Below, piece by piece: positions 33,788-35,274 of a DNA stretch of 35,274 nt. The position numbers and the translations under genes were made by a program. Source of the DNA: Trypethelium eluteriae. Lineage: Eukaryota. The stretch is from contig JAVECL010000216.1 of the NCBI GenBank assembly GCA_051942245.1, forward strand, positions 1 through 35,274, read 5' to 3'. Numbering within the stretch: the stretch's first letter is position 1; each line of letters opens with the position of its first letter. Under the pieces are notes generated by a model. The model searched no databases. It was not told the origin of the DNA and saw nothing but the letters and a program-made list of their open reading frames with translations.

Positions 33788-34913
33788 ATGGCGCCTGACC
33801 TTAATTCCCTTCCCCCTTCTCGCTCCGCTTCCGGCTCAAACAGCCCTCTCCAGCTTCGACCTGCACAAAACTCCACAGAGACCCCACGGGGCTCTTCTTC
33901 ACCTCATTCACCCCTTGCAGCTGCCGCTTCGATGAACGCCGCAGGGCTTAGTCAAGATTCTCGGCGCTCATCCCGTCGCCGGTCCAGTCTCATGACCAAT
34001 CTGAATCTCAACGATCCAATGCCAGTCCCTTTATCCACCGACTCCCAGGCTCAATCCATCAGCGGCACCGCGTCTCTCTCCCGGTCTCCTATACCTATGG
34101 CCACTGCAGATCCTCATCACCACCGCGCCCCGAGCCTTGGAGAACTGCATCAAGAGCTCGAAGCCGAGCAAGAAGCCCAAGTCAACCGCCTCCTCAGCAT
34201 GATCCGCCAGCAACAAGCCCAGCTCGAGACTCTTCAGCGTCCTAATCACTCGACCTCCACTACCACCGGTGGAGCTACGGCTATCGAAGATAGCACTCCC
34301 ACCTCTGAACGCAGCTTCAGCATTCTCTCCTTGCCTCCCTCATCGCAGCCCCAGGCGACGCCCATCTCGAATCAGAGACCTGCTTCACCCCGCCATCGCA
34401 CCAGCCATGAATACCGACGCCCATCGCTTTCCCGCCAGTCCTCGCGTCGCTCTCATGCTAGTGCCAGTGGCGGGTCTCGTACGGGAAGTCCCGCTCTTCG
34501 ACCGCTCTCCGCGGGACTTCGACAACATGAAAGTGGTGGAGAAGGAGGAGATTTCAATATTCCTGGTGGTTCTCGAGCAGGTGAAAGGGAGAGAGAAAGA
34601 GATGAGAGTGCTTTCTATCAGGCTGAGACACAGATGCTTACACGGGAGAATCAGATGTTGAAGCAGCGCATAAGGGAGCTCGGTGAGTTCTGCATGCACC
34701 GCGTCGAGTGTGCAGGTATGCATAGGCGATTGCAATTGCTGACCAGAACAAACAGAGAGACAGATTACCGATATGAACGTGAGTGGATCGACGCCACATA
34801 GCCCAGCGAGGAGATCGAGCTTGAGTGCGCCGCCGTTGGATGCAAATACTATATCGGGGACATCCGCAGCGGCAAACACTGCGGAGGGAGATGGTGAGAT
34901 CAAGGAAGAATGA
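33788..34913 (+). CDS. S/P/R-rich hypothetical protein with two short coiled coils; exons 33788-34682 and 34756-34913
   Basis: CACCATGG start. Motifs MAPDLNSLPP, HHRAPSLGELHQELEAEQEAQVNRLL and RDESAFYQAETQMLTRENQMLKQRIREL|ERQ look conserved. Intron GTGAGT..GCTGAC..CAG at 34683-34755. Confidence 0.85.
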
Positions 34914-35274
34914 TGGACTGCAACTTTTTTTTCACCTGCACACAGCTACACCGGCGTTATCAAACCTAATTTAAGGATTTTTACGAGGTTATGTTTCCCA
35001 CTCCTAGTTTAGCGAGGCGTTGTGGAAGAGGCATGGGTCGGTAGGCGCTAAGTAAATATTTCGGCGCAACTGGCGTAAAAAATTATCATTGCTGCGGCAC
35101 AGCCTAGATGAGTCTAACGGACCTCTATGTTACCAAAGACATTGAAAACATGGAACTCTTTTTCGATGTAGTACCGGAATAATACACTCCGTGCTCATAC
35201 AGCACGTTCTCCTCCTGGCCGTCCCGTGGAGCATTCTCCCATCCACTTTACCCCCACCCCATACAAACCATTAC

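Overview
Eukaryotic DNA from a filamentous ascomycete (Pezizomycotina), judged by short GT-AG introns with CTRAY branch sites and by the gene content. The conserved core genes are the 3' end of an MDR-family dehydrogenase, MCM3 (2 introns), a TM+2xUIM protein, PMS1 (MutL) and a divergent coiled-coil hypothetical gene. Between them lies an accessory-looking tract (~6.7-22.3 kb). It holds orphan ORFs, a Kex2-type multi-KR secreted precursor, a multi-TM gene interrupted by an in-frame CAA-TGA-CTG, a decayed CxxC...CAE gene, two degenerate tandem arrays and a ~105-bp dispersed repeat pair with RIP-like polarity. The strongest candidate for an undescribed system is a spliced gene (27033-29026, -). 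It fuses a HeLo-like/fungal STAND N-terminal domain to a full-length G-alpha domain that has lost both catalytic residues (Arg and Gln) and the NKxD motif. Also notable are a perfect-Kozak Met-Ala-stop uORF ending 1 nt before the PMS1 start and a stop-free in-frame intron carrying its own ATG. No rRNA, tRNA, CRISPR array or intact transposon was recognised. All family assignments come from motif recognition by eye; no searches were run.
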